Assembly: GCF_035084215.1 (NCBI RefSeq)
Contig: NC_090325.1
Coordinates: forward strand, 22,630,001 to 22,694,000
Length of the DNA stretch: 64,000 nucleotides
Direction: 5' to 3'
Origin: Heptranchias perlo
Lineage: Eukaryota
Numbering within the stretch: position 1 is the first letter of the stretch; each line of letters starts with the position of its first letter. Both the position numbers and the translations under genes were made by a program. This document shows, in pieces, positions 61,480 to 64,000 of this stretch. Under the pieces are notes generated by a model that saw only the letters and a program-made list of their open reading frames with translations, did not search any database and was not told the origin of the DNA.

Positions 61480-62750
61480 TCGTGTCACTTTACCAAGATG
61501 GTGTACAAAGAATGGACATACTTCAGACAGGAGAAAGGGAAGAAAGGTTTTGGGGATAAAAGCAAAATAAAAATAAGGGATTTTTGAAGGCAGGGACTGA
61601 GGTGAAAGGCATAGATGCTTATGGAGGGGGAGGGCACAGGATGAAGGACCAGGGCAGTGTTAGAGGAGCAGAGGGTACGCCCAGGGACATGAAGCTGGAG
61701 TAGATTGTGAGGGCGTGGGTGGGCAAGGCCATAGAGAGACTTAAAGGTGAGAATAGGAATCTTAAAGTACATTCTGTGGGCCAGGACGAGGTAACGAAGC
61801 TTGGTAATGATAGGGTGGTGTGGGTCTTAATGAGGGTAAGAACATGGGCTACAAGTTCTGAATGACTTGTCGTATATGGAGGCCGGAAAGAGGAAGAGCA
61901 GAGAAATATAGCCTTGAAGTAATAAAAGTGTGGATATGGGTTTCAGCAGCAGTGGGAGAGAGATGGGGATGAAGGAGAGCAGTTTTCCAGATGTGAAAGA
62001 AAGCATTCTTGGTGAATAATTGCAAATGGGAAAAAAGCTTAACCTAAGGTCAAGTCAGACACCAAAGTTCCACCACTCTAGACTCAGCCTGCTAACAGAG
62101 GAAAGGTTGATGGAATCAAGGGTGGAGGCATGCCCATTTTTTCAGGAGCTGAAGTAGGTGGTTTCAGTCTTGCCAACATTTAGCTGTCAAGATAGGCAGC
62201 GGAAGACAGTGGCCTTGGAATAGGTAGGAATGATACCAGGCAAAAGCAGTGCCATGGACGAGCATTGTGGAGGAGAGATATTCAAGGAGAATGGAATGGT
62301 CTATGCTGCTGAAGGTAGTGGAGTCATCAAGGAAGATGAGGAGAGATAGTGAACTGTAATTGTAGTCATTCGGGGTGTCATTGGTAACTTTGACCAGTGC
62401 TGGTTTCAGGGTTATTGGTGGGATGGAAACATGTTTGGAGGGCTGCAAACAGGGAATAGTGAGAGCATAATTGGGAGGCAACAATTCATTCCAGAAGATT
62501 AGAAAAAAAAGAGAAAGCTGCAGATGGGTTAGTAATTGGGGAGAATATAAGAGTTATTTTGATGACAGTAGCTTTGAAGCATATAGAGACCAACCAGAGG
62601 ATAGGGTCAGATTATGACATTGGCAAGCGTGGGACTGAGGAACTGAAGTTGGTTGGTCAGGACCTAGGATGTGAGGGGGTCGAGGGAGCAGGTGGTGAGC
62701 TTTATGGACAAGATAAGTTTAATGATGGGAGGAGGGTTGGAAAGAAACCG
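61480..62750 (-). mobile_element. old L2 LINE fragment
   Basis: ORFs 61485..61772 (FKIPILTFKSLYGLA) and 62164..62484 (ALVKVTND...IDHSILL...FAWYHSYL). Confidence 0.8.
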
Positions 62751-63658
62751 TGAAGTAAGGGGCAGTGGGTAGTTACAGCAAGAAATGGATCAGGCTGAAT
62801 GTTGGGAGAGGGTGGGGCTAGAGGAGGCAGGGGACCATATAACCAGTGTAAAATGTGCCCAGGAAGGTTCCTTGAACCCTGGAAACTGGGCTATACACAT
62901 TTGGAAGCTTTAGCCTTTAATTCTATTTCACAGTTAGATGTGAAGCCTTTATACACACTATGGACAATTGTTACGGTCAAATGTGATGCTTGAATACCCT
63001 ATTAAAGAAAAGCATAATTTCTCCCTGTAATGGATTTTACATACATGTAGAAATCCCCATCTTTTCACAGTATTGTGAAATACTGTGGTTTGAATGGTCT
63101 CAGATTGATGGTGTGCCGCGAGTTCTCATTTTGTTTGGTGCTGGGTTAGTTGTTAAATCAGCAGTCTGTTCTTAAGGAACGACTATTAAAAATACCAAAT
63201 CTTACTATTTAATCAAAAAATTGTAATCCCGTCCATAATGAATGTTGCTACAATTATCTGCCCGTGCGATTAGTTCCTTCCTTCTTGTGATTAATTTCAG
63301 TGCATGGAAATTACAAGGAAATTCTCACTTGAGATAATAACCAAATGCTAAAACAGCCACATACTGTACACGTGCGAATTTGTATATTTAGTGCGCTGAA
63401 ATTAATGCAAAAAATCTGATATCACCCAAACGAACATTAAATGGGGTATTATTCAAACAATACCCCATTCAAATAATACAATTCAAGTAATACCCCATTT
63501 GATGTCCCTTTAAGTGATACACGGCTCAGAGGTCCATACTCAATACAAGTCTGGTTTTCAGAAGTAGTGTCTGCTCCAAATCAGCTGTGCACACGAATCT
63601 TACTGTGTCTGTGAATAAGGTGAGTTTAGTTTTTGCACACAAAGGTTTATTAAAAATA

Positions 63659-63800
63659 AATGTAAGGAATCTTACAACACCAGGTTATAGTCCAACAGTT
63701 TATTTGAAATTCACCTGACGAAGGAGGAAGCCTCCGAAAGCTTGTGATTTTCAAATAAAACTGTTGGACTATAACCTGGTGTTGTAAGATTCCTTACATT
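63659..63800. mobile_element. hairpin element: ~51-bp inverted Penelope terminal repeats enclosing a hammerhead motif
   Basis: Arms 63659-63709 and ~63749-63800 are reverse complements with one indel. Confidence 0.85.
63711..63747 (+). ncRNA. minimal hammerhead ribozyme motif
   Basis: tcac CTGACGA a ggagg-aag-cctcc GAAAGCTT gtga. Confidence 0.75.
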
Positions 63801-64000
63801 CATATTAAAAATAACATTGACGTAGCGCATCGTGTATTTTTCCACATTTTCTCTGTTGCTATTATGACAGCGTAGTAAAAACCAATATTCATTGTCCCAT
63901 CAGTAAAGTTAATGTAACGATTAGCACCTGATCGCATGAAACGGGCAAACAATGCTGGCGTTTGCGATCTAGTAGATCCCAAGTATTGGGAGGTTGAGCT

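Noticed and set aside
18100-64000. CD8A expected in tandem downstream
   Set aside because: I found no second IgV, hinge or TM exon; it may lie beyond the window.

Overview
Vertebrate genomic DNA, almost certainly from a cartilaginous fish (shark-type CR1 LINEs, Deu-domain SINEs and Penelope elements dominate). The one host gene I can reconstruct is a CD8 chain on the + strand, most likely CD8B. Its exons are leader 11632-11677, IgV 12062-12409, hinge 13061-13159, TM 17601-17699, cytoplasmic 17814-17850 (RRRCPH, the fish-type CxH motif) and a probable last exon 18045-18051, giving about 211 aa. The rest is mostly nested mobile DNA: CR1 and L2 LINEs, SINEs, Penelope-like elements, a decayed Harbinger Myb gene, two related solo LTRs and a 3.1-kb polypyrimidine satellite. 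Three observations stand out. (1) Seven recognisable Penelope-associated minimal hammerhead ribozyme motifs fall into two families with compensatory base changes; three lie in CD8 introns and one sits at the apex of a ~51-bp inverted repeat. (2) A 7.4-kb pol-less retrovirus-like insertion splits one SINE and carries a single LTR, a perfect tRNA-Lys1,2 primer-binding site, a gag-like remnant and a decayed membrane-glycoprotein remnant. (3) A direct-plus-inverted duplication lies at 54.8-56.1 kb. Repeat boundaries were read by eye and are approximate.
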